This document shows positions 1 to 10,123 of a DNA stretch of 64,000 bases, in pieces. The notes beneath the pieces are model-generated. The model worked only from the letters and a program-made list of their open reading frames with translations, was not told the origin of the DNA and did not search any database. The position numbers and the translations under genes are program-made. Numbering within the stretch: the stretch's first letter is position 1; each line of letters begins with the position of its first letter. The DNA is from Candidatus Cloacimonadales bacterium (lineage in GTDB: Bacteria > Cloacimonadota > Cloacimonadia > Cloacimonadales > JAFGVF01): NCBI GenBank assembly GCA_963662585.1, contig OY759729.1:736001-800000 (forward strand), given 5' to 3'.

Positions 1-101
1 CCAGTTGCAGTATAGTTCCAATCGATGATTCTGTTATTTGAATGATCAAAAAGAAGAATTTTGCTAGTTGTAGATCCAATATCTATTCCGATAGTAAGCA
101 T
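1..101 (-). CDS. Partial (runs off left edge) ASKHA ATPase, probable 2-hydroxyacyl-CoA dehydratase activase (BadF/BadG/BcrA/BcrD family)
   Basis: Not in ORF track; ATG at 101 gives MLTIGIDIGSTTSKILLFD..., the GIDIGSTTSK phosphate-1 motif; starts 3 nt after the M16 peptidase stop. Confidence 0.75.
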   Translation of the reverse strand, partial: MLTIGIDIGSTTSKILLFDHSNNRIIDWNYTAT

Positions 102-104
102 TTG

Positions 105-2642
105 TTACCTATAAATTTGGGTAAAAAGATTATCTGCAGTGAAATAGGTTTCAGCAATTTCTGCAATATCATCAAAAGAAACAGATTGAAGGCGTTTCTC
201 TCTATCTAAATAGAAATCATAATCATAGCCTAGGGAGCTCAAGATTCCTAATGAGCTTGCTTGCGATGAAACACTTTCATCATCTAAAAGCCTTTGTCCA
301 TTAATATAGTTCTTGGTAAGTTCTAACTCTTCTTTGGTAACATTATATTTAATAATATCCTGCATTATCTTTCTGATAGAAGCTATAGATTCCTCTTCTC
401 TATTTCTATCAACTATAGCATAATTAGCAAAGAAGCCTACCTCAGATAAGGCAGTAAAATCAAAACCAACGCTATAAGCTACGCCAAGTTTTTCTCTAAG
501 TTCGTTAAAAAGTCGCGAGTTAATCTCACCACCAATAATTTGGGAAAGGACATGAAATGCTACATTTAACCTATAATCATTAGCATTACAAGCGAAACCA
601 CCTATATGAATAGTTGACTGGTCGTTGTCATAATCAAAAAGATGTCTATGCTTTTGAGCTTTAGTGAAGAGAACTTTTTCTTGCAGATCAGAGTTATAAG
701 AAGTAAAGTCGAAAGTCTTTTCTACAATCCTGATAATATTATCAAAATGTATATCACCAATCACGACTAAACTCATTTTTGATAAATCCAAAAACTCTTT
801 ATGCCAAGCATTGATTTTCTTGCGAGTTATCTTGGTAACATCAGAGAGTTCTCCAGTTTTACTAATCAAATTGCTATGCCTACCAAACAAATATTGGTTA
901 AATCTCTTAACAGCTTCTTTAGTAGGGAAGTCATTTATTCTTCTGAGATTAGATCTCACAGATTGTTTAATATTGTTAAGATAGAATATGGGATATTTAG
1001 GTTCCTTAATAACTTCAGCAAGTAATTCTAAGGACTCAGATATATATTCTCCAAAGCATTTTATTTTAAAACCTGAAGTTTCTATTCCATTATGAACATT
1101 GAGATTTATTCCCCGTTCATTGCAATAATCAACAAGTTCTTCATAGCTATATTTTTTGGTTCCATATTGCATTAAGGCTAAAGTAAAGAAGTTTATTCCC
1201 CGCATGTCGACTGGCTCACAGAGTTGAGATATTCTTCTTGTTAATGAGATACCCACAGTTGGTTTACCCACTACTTTTTTCATAATTAATTTTAAGCCAT
1301 TGTTACAGATATGTTCAGTATAGTTATTGTTTTCGATAGAAGAAAACTGTTCATTCTTCTTATTCTTAAACTCTTTTTCTATTTTATCTAAGAAGTGATT
1401 TTTTCTTCCTAGATGAATAATTTTCAAGTTATCAAGATTGTAATATTTGTTAGCAATATCTAATAGTAGCTGGATATCCAAGGAGGCTAATCTAATTGGA
1501 TACTTGAAAATCTCTTCATAGCCAGAATCTAATTCTTCTATTCCTAGTACGCTACCAAAGTTCTCAACATATTCAAAAGCATATTTCCAGCTATGTTCTT
1601 GCTCAACCTTGATTTTTCTCAACTCTTCATAAGTTAAACCTTGAACTTTGATTCTATTATACTCTTCTAGGAAAATACGGCAAATCTCTTCTAAACAAGA
1701 ATTTGATTTTGGGATTATCATAATTATAGACACCCCATCATAGCGTCCTGCAATAGATTGTACTTGAATACTTGTAACTAATTGTTCTTTTATATAAAGT
1801 CGCTTATATAGTCTAGAGTTTTTTCCAATGGCAAAACCTTTAGTAATTAAGGAAAGTCCTAAGCCTTCTTTTGTTTTCTCACTTATTTCAGGTAACACAA
1901 AGGCCAGTAATTCTTGATTTAGCTCTTCATCAACAACAGTATGAGTAGAAAAACCTTTTTTATAAATATTAGCTTTTGTTTCATTCTTAAGATCATAATT
2001 TGCCTGCCAATTGCCAAAGTACTTTTCAACAATTCCCTTGATTGACTTAAATTTAAAATCTCCACTGATAACTATAAAGCAATTATTAGCACGATAATAC
2101 TGCTGATAAAACTCTCTTAAATCATTGGGCGTTGACTTTTCTAAATTATCTAAATGTCCTATTATAGGGTTGTGATAAGGACTTTCTTCAAAGTAATAGA
2201 GGGGTATCTTTTCAACAAAATCTTCTTCAGGATCATTAGCATATTGCTTTAACTCTTCTATAACGACTTTCTTTTCTGTATCAAACTCTTCGTCAGAGAA
2301 GTTAGCTCTCATAGCTAATTCTGCTAATAATTCTAAACCTTCTTCAGTGTATTTTGCTGGTAGGGTTAAGTAATGACAAGTTGAATCATACTCTGTATAA
2401 GCATTAATATTTGCCCCTAATGACGAGGCTGTTTCCATTATTTTATTATCAGGGTATTTTTGGGTTGATTTAAAGACCAAATGCTCCATCAAGTGAGAAT
2501 AACCTGATTCGCTTGCTTTTTCATGCACAGAACCAACTTTAACATATAGTTGTAAGCTAATGATAGGGTTTGATTTATCTTTAGCAACGATAATCTTTAA
2601 TCCATTATCAAGAGTATGGTGCTTAACATTAATTTTCATCAT
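105..2642 (-). CDS. M16 (pitrilysin/insulinase) family zinc peptidase, two fused modules
   Basis: Inverted zinc motif HLMEH, NAYT motif, second module with LFNELREKLGVAYSV. Confidence 0.92.
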   Translation of the reverse strand: MMKINVKHHTLDNGLKIIVAKDKSNPIISLQLYVKVGSVHEKASESGYSHLMEHLVFKSTQKYPDNKIMETASSLGANINAYTEYDSTCHYLTLPAKYTEEGLELLAELAMRANFSDEEFDTEKKVVIEELKQYANDPEEDFVEKIPLYYFEESPYHNPIIGHLDNLEKSTPNDLREFYQQYYRANNCFIVISGDFKFKSIKGIVEKYFGNWQANYDLKNETKANIYKKGFSTHTVVDEELNQELLAFVLPEISEKTKEGLGLSLITKGFAIGKNSRLYKRLYIKEQLVTSIQVQSIAGRYDGVSIIMIIPKSNSCLEEICRIFLEEYNRIKVQGLTYEELRKIKVEQEHSWKYAFEYVENFGSVLGIEELDSGYEEIFKYPIRLASLDIQLLLDIANKYYNLDNLKIIHLGRKNHFLDKIEKEFKNKKNEQFSSIENNNYTEHICNNGLKLIMKKVVGKPTVGISLTRRISQLCEPVDMRGINFFTLALMQYGTKKYSYEELVDYCNERGINLNVHNGIETSGFKIKCFGEYISESLELLAEVIKEPKYPIFYLNNIKQSVRSNLRRINDFPTKEAVKRFNQYLFGRHSNLISKTGELSDVTKITRKKINAWHKEFLDLSKMSLVVIGDIHFDNIIRIVEKTFDFTSYNSDLQEKVLFTKAQKHRHLFDYDNDQSTIHIGGFACNANDYRLNVAFHVLSQIIGGEINSRLFNELREKLGVAYSVGFDFTALSEVGFFANYAIVDRNREEESIASIRKIMQDIIKYNVTKEELELTKNYINGQRLLDDESVSSQASSLGILSSLGYDYDFYLDREKRLQSVSFDDIAEIAETYFTADNLFTQIYR

Positions 2643-3425
2643 CTATTCTGCTCTCCTGCCTGCAACTGAGGCATAAGCACTGTGATTGTGGATAGATTCA
2701 AAATTCTCAGATTCAACACTAAATTCAATTATTCTAATATCTTTTCTTAATTCAACAACAACATCTCTGACAATATCTTCCACAAATTTAGGATTATCAT
2801 AACCTCTTTCGGTAACGAATTTCTCATCTGATCTTTTTAATAAAGAATAGACTTCACAACTAGCTACACTTTCGACAATTTCTATCAATTCTTCTAACCA
2901 GACATAGTCAGAGTATTTTACTGAAACTGTTACAATAGAGCGTTGATTATGAGCTCCATACTCACTAATCTCTTTCGAGCAGGGACAAACTGTTGTTATT
3001 GGTACTTTTACCCCAATTTGCATTTCAAAATCATCACGATGAGAAGCAAGGAAGAAGCAATCATAAGACATTAAAGATTTTATTCCCGAAACTGGAGCAG
3101 TTTTTTCTACGAAATAAGGAAAACTCATATTCACAAAAGCTGAATCTGCGTCTAATCTCTTTTTTGTTTCCAAGACGAAGTTCTCTATTTCAGAGACAAA
3201 ATTACGATGATGATATTCATTAAGAATCTCAATAAAGCGTGACATGTGAGTGCCTCGATGATGATGAGGTAGCTCAACAAAAATATCTAAATCAGCAACT
3301 GTATGCTGTATTTCATTAGCTCTGTCTTCGACGATTATAGGGTATTTTACACCCTTTACGCCAACTTTATCTATCGTAACTTTTCTATTATCATTTAAAT
3401 TCTGTATATCAATTGTATTTTTCAT
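2643..3425 (-). CDS. folE2: GTP cyclohydrolase IB (FolE2)
   Basis: RGTHMSRF, TTVCPCSKEIS, GAHNQRS, NPKFVED, ESIHNHSAYA motifs. Confidence 0.95.
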   Translation of the reverse strand: MKNTIDIQNLNDNRKVTIDKVGVKGVKYPIIVEDRANEIQHTVADLDIFVELPHHHRGTHMSRFIEILNEYHHRNFVSEIENFVLETKKRLDADSAFVNMSFPYFVEKTAPVSGIKSLMSYDCFFLASHRDDFEMQIGVKVPITTVCPCSKEISEYGAHNQRSIVTVSVKYSDYVWLEELIEIVESVASCEVYSLLKRSDEKFVTERGYDNPKFVEDIVRDVVVELRKDIRIIEFSVESENFESIHNHSAYASVAGRRAE

Positions 3426-4525
3426 TATTCACCATCAATAAATTCATTATATAAGTAGTATTCCATTCCTTTAGAATGATCTGTTTTCTCTGTTTTAATT
3501 GAAGTAGCTTCCCAAGTTTGCCCTACTTCATCATAGCTATCACTGTAGATTATTGCTTCAGTATCATTTAATGTTTTTAAGTAATTTATTGCCTTATCGT
3601 TGTCGATTAAGAACAAAGCAGTAGAAAGAGCATCTGCTTCAAAAGCTGTAGTTGAAAGAATTGTTACTGAGACATTTCTGTGGCAAGAGTATCCTGTTTT
3701 TGCATCGATTATATGATGATAACGGATATTATCGACATCAAAGAATTGTTGATAATCACCAGATGTTGCTATAGCAGTATTATTAAGGTTGGATAACTGA
3801 GCTATAACTTCTGAATTCATTCGTGGATGCTGAATTCCTAAAATTACTTTCTTAGGAATATCACCGAAATACCTAATAGAGCTTATCTGATCTACATAAC
3901 CAGCTTTTGCTCCTTTTGATTGTAGAAATTCTACAGTTTTATCTACAATATAGCCTTTAGAAATAGCTCCAAAAGTAATTTTCATGCCTGCAGGAAGAAT
4001 AATATATTCTTCATTGTATTCAATCCGAGAAAAATCAACTAATTTTAAGTTCTCTTCTATAGTTAAGGAATCAGGTATTAAACTGGCATTAAATTCTGGA
4101 TTATCCATTTGAGCACTATCAAAATCCCACAAATCATACACAGGCTTTACAGAAATATCGAAACTACCATCCGTAAGTTGGTACATAGCTTTAGCTTTTT
4201 CTAGAAGATTAAAGACATCCTCATCCATAGGGTATTTTTTCCCTTGAGAATTATTAATTTTGTATATCACGCTTTCTTCATAGTCATCAGAAAACTTATA
4301 AATAAGTTTCTGCATATAAACGAAAGCCTCTTTTGTTACAGCTTCACCATTCTTTTTATCACTAAGTACGAATATCTCTGTCCTGAGATTCTTACCCTGT
4401 AAGGTAGGAGTATAATTTAAATACTTACTATCCACAAACTCATATTCGGCAGTAGCGAATTTATATATACCGATTAGTATCACTAAAGTTAATAATATCA
4501 AGGAGGTAATTTCTTTTCTTGTCAT
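3425..4525 (-). CDS. apbE: FAD:protein FMN transferase (ApbE family), N-terminal membrane anchor
   Basis: GSFDISV, GAISKGY, IATSGDYQ, RYHHIID, ADALSTALF motifs. Confidence 0.9.
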   Translation of the reverse strand: MTRKEITSLILLTLVILIGIYKFATAEYEFVDSKYLNYTPTLQGKNLRTEIFVLSDKKNGEAVTKEAFVYMQKLIYKFSDDYEESVIYKINNSQGKKYPMDEDVFNLLEKAKAMYQLTDGSFDISVKPVYDLWDFDSAQMDNPEFNASLIPDSLTIEENLKLVDFSRIEYNEEYIILPAGMKITFGAISKGYIVDKTVEFLQSKGAKAGYVDQISSIRYFGDIPKKVILGIQHPRMNSEVIAQLSNLNNTAIATSGDYQQFFDVDNIRYHHIIDAKTGYSCHRNVSVTILSTTAFEADALSTALFLIDNDKAINYLKTLNDTEAIIYSDSYDEVGQTWEATSIKTEKTDHSKGMEYYLYNEFIDGE

Positions 4526-4616
4526 TTTTCTTCTTTCCTAATTTTAATATTAAACCACTTCAATATTAAAGTAATATTTGTCAATCTAAACATAGTTTTT
4601 CTACATATTATAGAAA

Positions 4617-6727
4617 ATCGAGTAGGGTGGTGCGTTAGCACCATCCCTCTCACAGAACCGTGCGTACGGGACTCGTACACGGCTCCTGATAAACCTTGTA
4701 ATTATTCATAATAATTAAATAAAACACTTGTAGGTTTCGATAGTAAGTCATATAGCCCTAATTGCTCAAACCATTCATTAGGTAAAGCTCTATGAATATG
4801 ATAACAACCAGAATTCTTCCAATGTGTCATAGATATTTTCGGAAAATCACTTTTATGCCCAACTCTTCTAAGTTGTTGGTGAAAAGCTTTCCAACTTTTC
4901 CATTCCCGCATTTTCTTCATTCTTAGTCGCCGCCTTATCCATGATAATAGAGACTGAAAGACTCCTTTGCAATTTGCCACCCTAAAGTAATTCGACCAAC
5001 CTCTCAATATCGGATTAAGTCTTTTAATCATTGTCTGGACATTAATTCCGCTATTCCGTGGAGTCAGTGACCGAATCTTATCTTTGAACGCTTTTACTCT
5101 TTTATCCTCTATCTTTACATATGCTTCATGTATTTCGAAGCCAAGATACTTGACTCCTTTAAATACACTCGCAATATGTGTCTTTTCTTCATTTACGATG
5201 AGATAAATTGAGTTTAGATATTCTACCGCAATTCGTTGATATTGTTCTGCTTTTTTCTTAGTCTTAGCAAAAAGTAAAATGTCATCAGCATAGCGTACTA
5301 TCTCGATTCCTCGACTTTTCATTTCTTGGTCAAAACTATCAAGATATATGTTCATAAGAAGTGGAGAGATTACCCCTCCTTGTGGACTTCCTACTTCAGT
5401 TTCGCTATACTTCCCTTCTTGCATAACACCAGACTTTAAGATTTTCTCTATCAACTTTAATAATGTTCCGTCACTTATTTTCCTATTTAATGATTGCATT
5501 ATGAATTTATGATTTAATGTATCAAAACATTTTGATAAATCCATATCCACTACAAAAGGAAGCTCTTCCTGAACCATTAATATATGTGCTTTAGCCACTG
5601 CCTTTTGACAACTTTTGTTGGGACGGTAGCCATAGCTTTGTGGATGAAAATCAGGTTCAAAAATTGGTTGGATGATGTTATTTATTGCCTGCTGTACGAT
5701 TCTATCTTTTACAGTAGGTATTCCTAATGGCCTCATCTTACCATTTCCTTTAGGTATCTCTACCCGTTTCACAGGTGATGGGATATACTTCCCACTTTTC
5801 AATTCTAAATGAATCTGCTCTAAGTTCTCTTGTAGAGTCTCACCAAACTTAGATATAGTAATATTATCTATACCTTCTGCACCTCTATTTTTCTTTACCT
5901 TTAGGAAAGATTCATAGAGATTACCTTTTGAGTAAACTTTATCAATTAAACTGTACCACTTTTTCATTTAGTTTCTCCTTTTTCACAATAAACAATGTTT
6001 AAATTATACTTTCAAATGACAGTTAATTCAATGAAGACCTTCGAAGTTTTTAGCATAAAGCAATCTATCAAAGATTTTATAGGTTTTGACTATTATCCTT
6101 TTTTTAACTTCATCTACTCAGTCTCGTAAGGTCATGATAGAAAGAAGGTACTCACCACCGTCTATCCGAGCCTTGAATCTTTCGATTCTCTTCGTTTCCT
6201 ACTTTTAAGAAAATATCTCTTTAATTATGTTTATTCTTTGGTTTATCTTCATCCCTTCACATGAGATATTTCCTTTTGAAAAATATCCCCCAATATTACT
6301 AAGAATATTGTCCCCTCTGTTTTATCCTCCAGTCTGTCACCAGCTTTCATAGGCAAAGGGTTAGTCACTACTACGGAATCATCTGCCACCTGCTTATGCT
6401 TAATACAACTCTTGCCTTTCAGCTTGTAGTCATAGTTACTCTATTAGAGACATTAACAGGCTTCCCCAGTTAAGCTATCCTGCCTGAATGTAAATCCATC
6501 TGTTGTAATCCATGTAATCGACTGACTTTTGGGCGTTCTCACTTTTCGAAGAGTTACCCACTACATGAACCAAAATCAGTTTACTTTCGCTATGTTCCAC
6601 ATTCTTCCTGCGTCTTACTTCAGACCCTGCCGTTGCCAGCAACGCCCTTGACCTCAGATTGACTTCCTGTCAGTTGGGTGTCAGGACTTCTTTCAGTCCA
6701 TCGGCTCAGATAACATTCTGGGCAAAC
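4617..6727 (-). mobile_element. Full-length group IIC intron (about 2.1 kb)
   Basis: 5' end GTTTGCCCAGAATG at 6727 directly after a terminator hairpin and T tract; domain V GAGCCGTGTACGAGTCCCGTACGCACGGTTC, domain VI GGTGCTAACGCACC and 3' end CTACTCGAT at 4617; encloses RT ORF. Confidence 0.88.
4702..5967 (-). CDS. ltrA: Group II intron reverse transcriptase/maturase, no endonuclease domain
   Basis: RPLGIPTVKDR, GSPQGGVISPLL, YADD catalytic motif, domain X (LNPILRGWSNYF); AAGGAG RBS upstream. Confidence 0.96.
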   Translation of the reverse strand: MKKWYSLIDKVYSKGNLYESFLKVKKNRGAEGIDNITISKFGETLQENLEQIHLELKSGKYIPSPVKRVEIPKGNGKMRPLGIPTVKDRIVQQAINNIIQPIFEPDFHPQSYGYRPNKSCQKAVAKAHILMVQEELPFVVDMDLSKCFDTLNHKFIMQSLNRKISDGTLLKLIEKILKSGVMQEGKYSETEVGSPQGGVISPLLMNIYLDSFDQEMKSRGIEIVRYADDILLFAKTKKKAEQYQRIAVEYLNSIYLIVNEEKTHIASVFKGVKYLGFEIHEAYVKIEDKRVKAFKDKIRSLTPRNSGINVQTMIKRLNPILRGWSNYFRVANCKGVFQSLLSWIRRRLRMKKMREWKSWKAFHQQLRRVGHKSDFPKISMTHWKNSGCYHIHRALPNEWFEQLGLYDLLSKPTSVLFNYYE

Positions 6728-6751
6728 AAAAAAGCAGGATTGATGTCCTGC
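6728..6751 (-). terminator. Rho-independent terminator; intron target site
   Basis: Minus strand GCAGGA-CATCAA-TCCTGC followed by TTTTTT, downstream of the 6827-9289 gene. Confidence 0.8.
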
Positions 6752-6826
6752 CTTACTTATGTTAATAAATCTTTTTGTTTGCCTTAGAATCGACCTTTAG
6801 GTTAGAATGCTAAGGGTCAGATGATA

Positions 6827-9289
6827 CTACTTCAAAACCATTATTTTACTACTGACTCTATATCTACCAGCTTTTACTTGAATAAAATATATTCCGCTGG
6901 CAACTTGCTTATTATTCTCATTTCGTAAGTTCCAGTTGGTAGAGTATAGCTGGCCATCTGCATAATTAGTTTTAAGTCCTGCATGTCTTTGCATATCTTG
7001 ATAACTGTTTTCTATTGAAATTCTCTTAACTTTCTGCCCTTTTAAGTTATATATTGTTAGAACAGGTTTTTCTTTAATACTCTTTGGTAAAACAAATTCA
7101 ATATTACTCATGCCACTCCCCTTACTCTTGCTTCGAGAAACAGGGTTAGGATAGACTAATATTTGTGGCTTAATGATTGAGGATACTTCATTGTCTTCAT
7201 TATGAACTGGCTCAGAGTTGTATTCAAATACTCCTATATCAACAGCATTTCCCCAGACTCGAGCATTACCAGCTAAGTCTGTACTAGCAAGAAAAGAAGT
7301 ATCTGAAAAACCAGTATCAATACAAGGAGAATTATCTGAAAGCCTATAGTAATCTACATCAGAAACAGTCAAAGAGTCAACATATTCTCCTAAAAAATGA
7401 GGATTTGTACTAAAGAGGTTATCTCCTTGTTCTACATAATCTTCATTCCAATAAAAGGGAGATTCACAGTAAAATAAATTGTTATAAAGGTGGCTATCCA
7501 TAGGAACCCATTGATTATCAACTTTAATTCTATTGCTAAGATTAAGTTCTCCATCAAACAGACATTCAGGGTTATAAAAAATTGAGTTATATATTTTTGC
7601 TCTTCCAGCTGCTCCCGCAAATTCGCGATTCCCATAATTATTAGCAATAGTAGAGTTTGATATTAAGATACTAAAGTCTTCATTAAAAATATTTTTTATT
7701 CCCACAGGTCTAATAGTCCCAGGACCGGTAAAAACATTATTATCAAAAATAAGAGCATTATGCATCTCAAAGGTACAATCGCTATAAAGCTCTTGGTTTA
7801 TATAGTAGTTTAAGAGAGTTGCATCCTCGCCTTGGCAATCTGTGATAATTAGATTTCTGATATCTAAGTTGCTATTAACTGCGTATATCCCTAGTTCATA
7901 ATTATCTCCATGGAACATTTTGTTGTTACGAATGATGATATTGTTCAGGGTATAAGTTCCTTCACTTAAAAGCATGGCTTGAAGATCAGAATAAGTGTGA
8001 GAGTTATTATTTTGGATGATTATGTTTTCTATCTGATAATCACCTCCTCCACTTAGGGAAAATCCAGTAGTATTGATATGTGTTGTTCTATCATACTTTA
8101 AATCATGAATGTAGACATTTTCACCTCCTCCACCCCAAAGAGGAGCATAGCTGTATCCATTACTATTCTGAAAAGTCATTCCTCCAAACTCTAAATTGTT
8201 AGTATATGCTACACCAATATTAACTAAACCATTCTCGCCTTCAATAATAGTCTGATCTATTCCTGCTCCTAAGAGCTTTGTGTTAGACTTTAAACTAAAA
8301 GGAAATCTTTGGTTATTTTGGCTCCAGGAATAAGTTCCTGGGGCTACATGAACAGTATTAGGATTAATCGGGTTTGATTTTATCATCTGCATAGCTCTAA
8401 CCAGAGTCTGCAATGGTTCTTGGGGAGAAGTTCCACTGTTAGCATTAGAACCTAAGGGAGATACATAGACATCTTGATCAATCTCAGGGAAACATGCTTC
8501 TTGAACTGAGATTGTTACATTGCCAATACCTGGTTCATAAGGAGGAGATGAATTCCCTGCATCTAAGACATAATAATTATCAATCTCTTCGAGAACTGCA
8601 GAACCAAGACTTAACTCAATATGGGTACCTTGATAATCATTGTAGTTGCCAATGAAGATATCCATTGCATATATAGCAAAATTATTGAATACACGGAGAT
8701 CATTACACTCAATTTGAGCACCTGAGCTAATACGAAGTCCACCTCCAGCAAGAGCTCTATTTTCAGTGATTTCAACATTTTCGAAATAAACACTTGTATT
8801 GTTGCCATATACGGATATACCTGCTCCCCCTCGAGAAACATTTTTTATAGTCTTTGTGTTTTTTACTTCGACATGGCCTGCATCAAAGATTTTCATCCCC
8901 CCTCCAACAGTATCAATCTCGTGTGTATCCACTACATTCAAATCATCATAATTATTAGAAAAAGTAAAACCATTGACTGTAACATCTTCTCCATTTTCAA
9001 TGCGTAAACATACTTGCCTGTTTCCATCAACAATGGTAGAATCGATATATTCTTGCAAAGGCTCTATTGCATAGAGGCTTTGCAAGGTTAAATCCTTGCC
9101 GTTGGTATTTAATCTTTCTATGTAATGCCCTGGATGAACCAAGATTACATCATTATCGATAGCAGAGTTTATTGCGGATTGAATTGAAGTATAATCTGCA
9201 GTGCCATCTAAATTTACTTCTAACAGAGTACAATCTAACTTACTCATTAATAGTAGAACTATAATAAACAATGTTAATCTTAATTTCAT
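6827..9289 (-). CDS. Secreted right-handed beta-helix protein (DUF1565/pectin-lyase-like) with C-terminal FlgD/T9SS-type sorting domain
   Basis: Signal peptide, DYTSIQSAI, VYVSPLGSNANSGTSPQEPLQT, DIGVFEY, tail YPNP...IYNLKGQKVK...ASGIYF...KIMVLK. Confidence 0.8.
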   Translation of the reverse strand: MKLRLTLFIIVLLLMSKLDCTLLEVNLDGTADYTSIQSAINSAIDNDVILVHPGHYIERLNTNGKDLTLQSLYAIEPLQEYIDSTIVDGNRQVCLRIENGEDVTVNGFTFSNNYDDLNVVDTHEIDTVGGGMKIFDAGHVEVKNTKTIKNVSRGGAGISVYGNNTSVYFENVEITENRALAGGGLRISSGAQIECNDLRVFNNFAIYAMDIFIGNYNDYQGTHIELSLGSAVLEEIDNYYVLDAGNSSPPYEPGIGNVTISVQEACFPEIDQDVYVSPLGSNANSGTSPQEPLQTLVRAMQMIKSNPINPNTVHVAPGTYSWSQNNQRFPFSLKSNTKLLGAGIDQTIIEGENGLVNIGVAYTNNLEFGGMTFQNSNGYSYAPLWGGGGENVYIHDLKYDRTTHINTTGFSLSGGGDYQIENIIIQNNNSHTYSDLQAMLLSEGTYTLNNIIIRNNKMFHGDNYELGIYAVNSNLDIRNLIITDCQGEDATLLNYYINQELYSDCTFEMHNALIFDNNVFTGPGTIRPVGIKNIFNEDFSILISNSTIANNYGNREFAGAAGRAKIYNSIFYNPECLFDGELNLSNRIKVDNQWVPMDSHLYNNLFYCESPFYWNEDYVEQGDNLFSTNPHFLGEYVDSLTVSDVDYYRLSDNSPCIDTGFSDTSFLASTDLAGNARVWGNAVDIGVFEYNSEPVHNEDNEVSSIIKPQILVYPNPVSRSKSKGSGMSNIEFVLPKSIKEKPVLTIYNLKGQKVKRISIENSYQDMQRHAGLKTNYADGQLYSTNWNLRNENNKQVASGIYFIQVKAGRYRVSSKIMVLK

Positions 9290-9406
9290 AATGTATCCTT
9301 TTTTAATTGCAGAGCTTCATGTGAAGCTCTGCAATATAATGGTTATTTTATCAATTTTTTTATTTCATCAAAATCATTTTTCTTGTCAATTTCTTTTTAT
9401 CTGTCA

Positions 9407-9493
9407 GTCGGAAGTCGCTACTTCGTGAGCAACTCCCGTCATTCGAGTTGGAGACCGGAGTTCCTCAGCCCTAGGCAAGGGACTTCGGACGAA
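9407..9493. repeat. REP-like palindrome pair (module X then module Y)
   Basis: GTCGGAAGTCGCTACTTCGTGAGCAACTCCCGTCA then GTTGGAGACCGGAGTTCCTCAGCCCTAGGCAAGGGACTTCGGACGAA; recurs at 9849-9940 and Y inverted at 18111-18158. Confidence 0.75.
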
Positions 9494-9848
9494 TATAGAT
9501 CTTGCAAGTTTGGGTAATAAGTGTTTTTCTCTTAAATTCTTACTTTCACTTCCTCTTTGTGGCTTGTTAACTTGATCTTTCTTGTTTTGAGCTTTTACTT
9601 GTCTTTTTTCTTTAATAGCTTGACGACTAATCCCTCTATAATATTCTCTGACAAAATGAATCCAGTCTGACTTAGTACTTCTTCCTTTTTTTTCCTTTTT
9701 TTCACCCAGGGTTGCGATACTTTCAGCATCTTACCCTGGGCTAAATTATTTTATCCCTTTCAGGGATTTTTGATGAATCAATATAGTAATGAAATATTCT
9801 CATTTCCCTATATAATTCCCACCAGACTTGAACTTGAGCCTGCTTTTT

Positions 9849-9940
9849 GTTGGAGACCGGAGTTCCTCAGCCGTAGGCAAGGGACTTCGGGTGAAGAGTG
9901 TCGGAAGTCGCTACTCCGTGAGCAACTCCCGTCACTCTTC
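9849..9940. repeat. REP-like palindrome pair (module Y then module X)
   Basis: Near-identical modules to 9407-9493 in swapped order. Confidence 0.75.
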
Positions 9941-10067
9941 ATATAATCTTACTTGTAACTTTCTATTATTCAAGCAATATGCTATAATGAAAGTCTCTTA
10001 TTTACCACCAAACTTGAACAAGAGCCAAAATGCTCCGTAACCTTCTTGCCAAGAAAAGAGATTTAAT

Positions 10068-10101
10068 AAAACAAAGGGACTGATTTCTCAGTCCCTCTTT
10101 T
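10068..10101 (-). terminator. Intrinsic terminator after ppdK
   Basis: AGGGACTGA-TTTC-TCAGTCCCT hairpin with A/T tracts on both sides. Confidence 0.75.
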
Positions 10102-10123
10102 ATATATTAATTTTTTAGATTAA

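Noticed and set aside
4702..5967. RT as a retron, DGR or defence RT
   Set aside because: It has a maturase domain X and is enclosed by recognisable group II intron termini and domains V/VI.
9404..9705. Stop-free minus-strand frame of about 90 codons and a 36-codon GTG ORF
   Set aside because: The long frame has no start codon and runs through repeat modules; the short one has no RBS; no recognisable homology.
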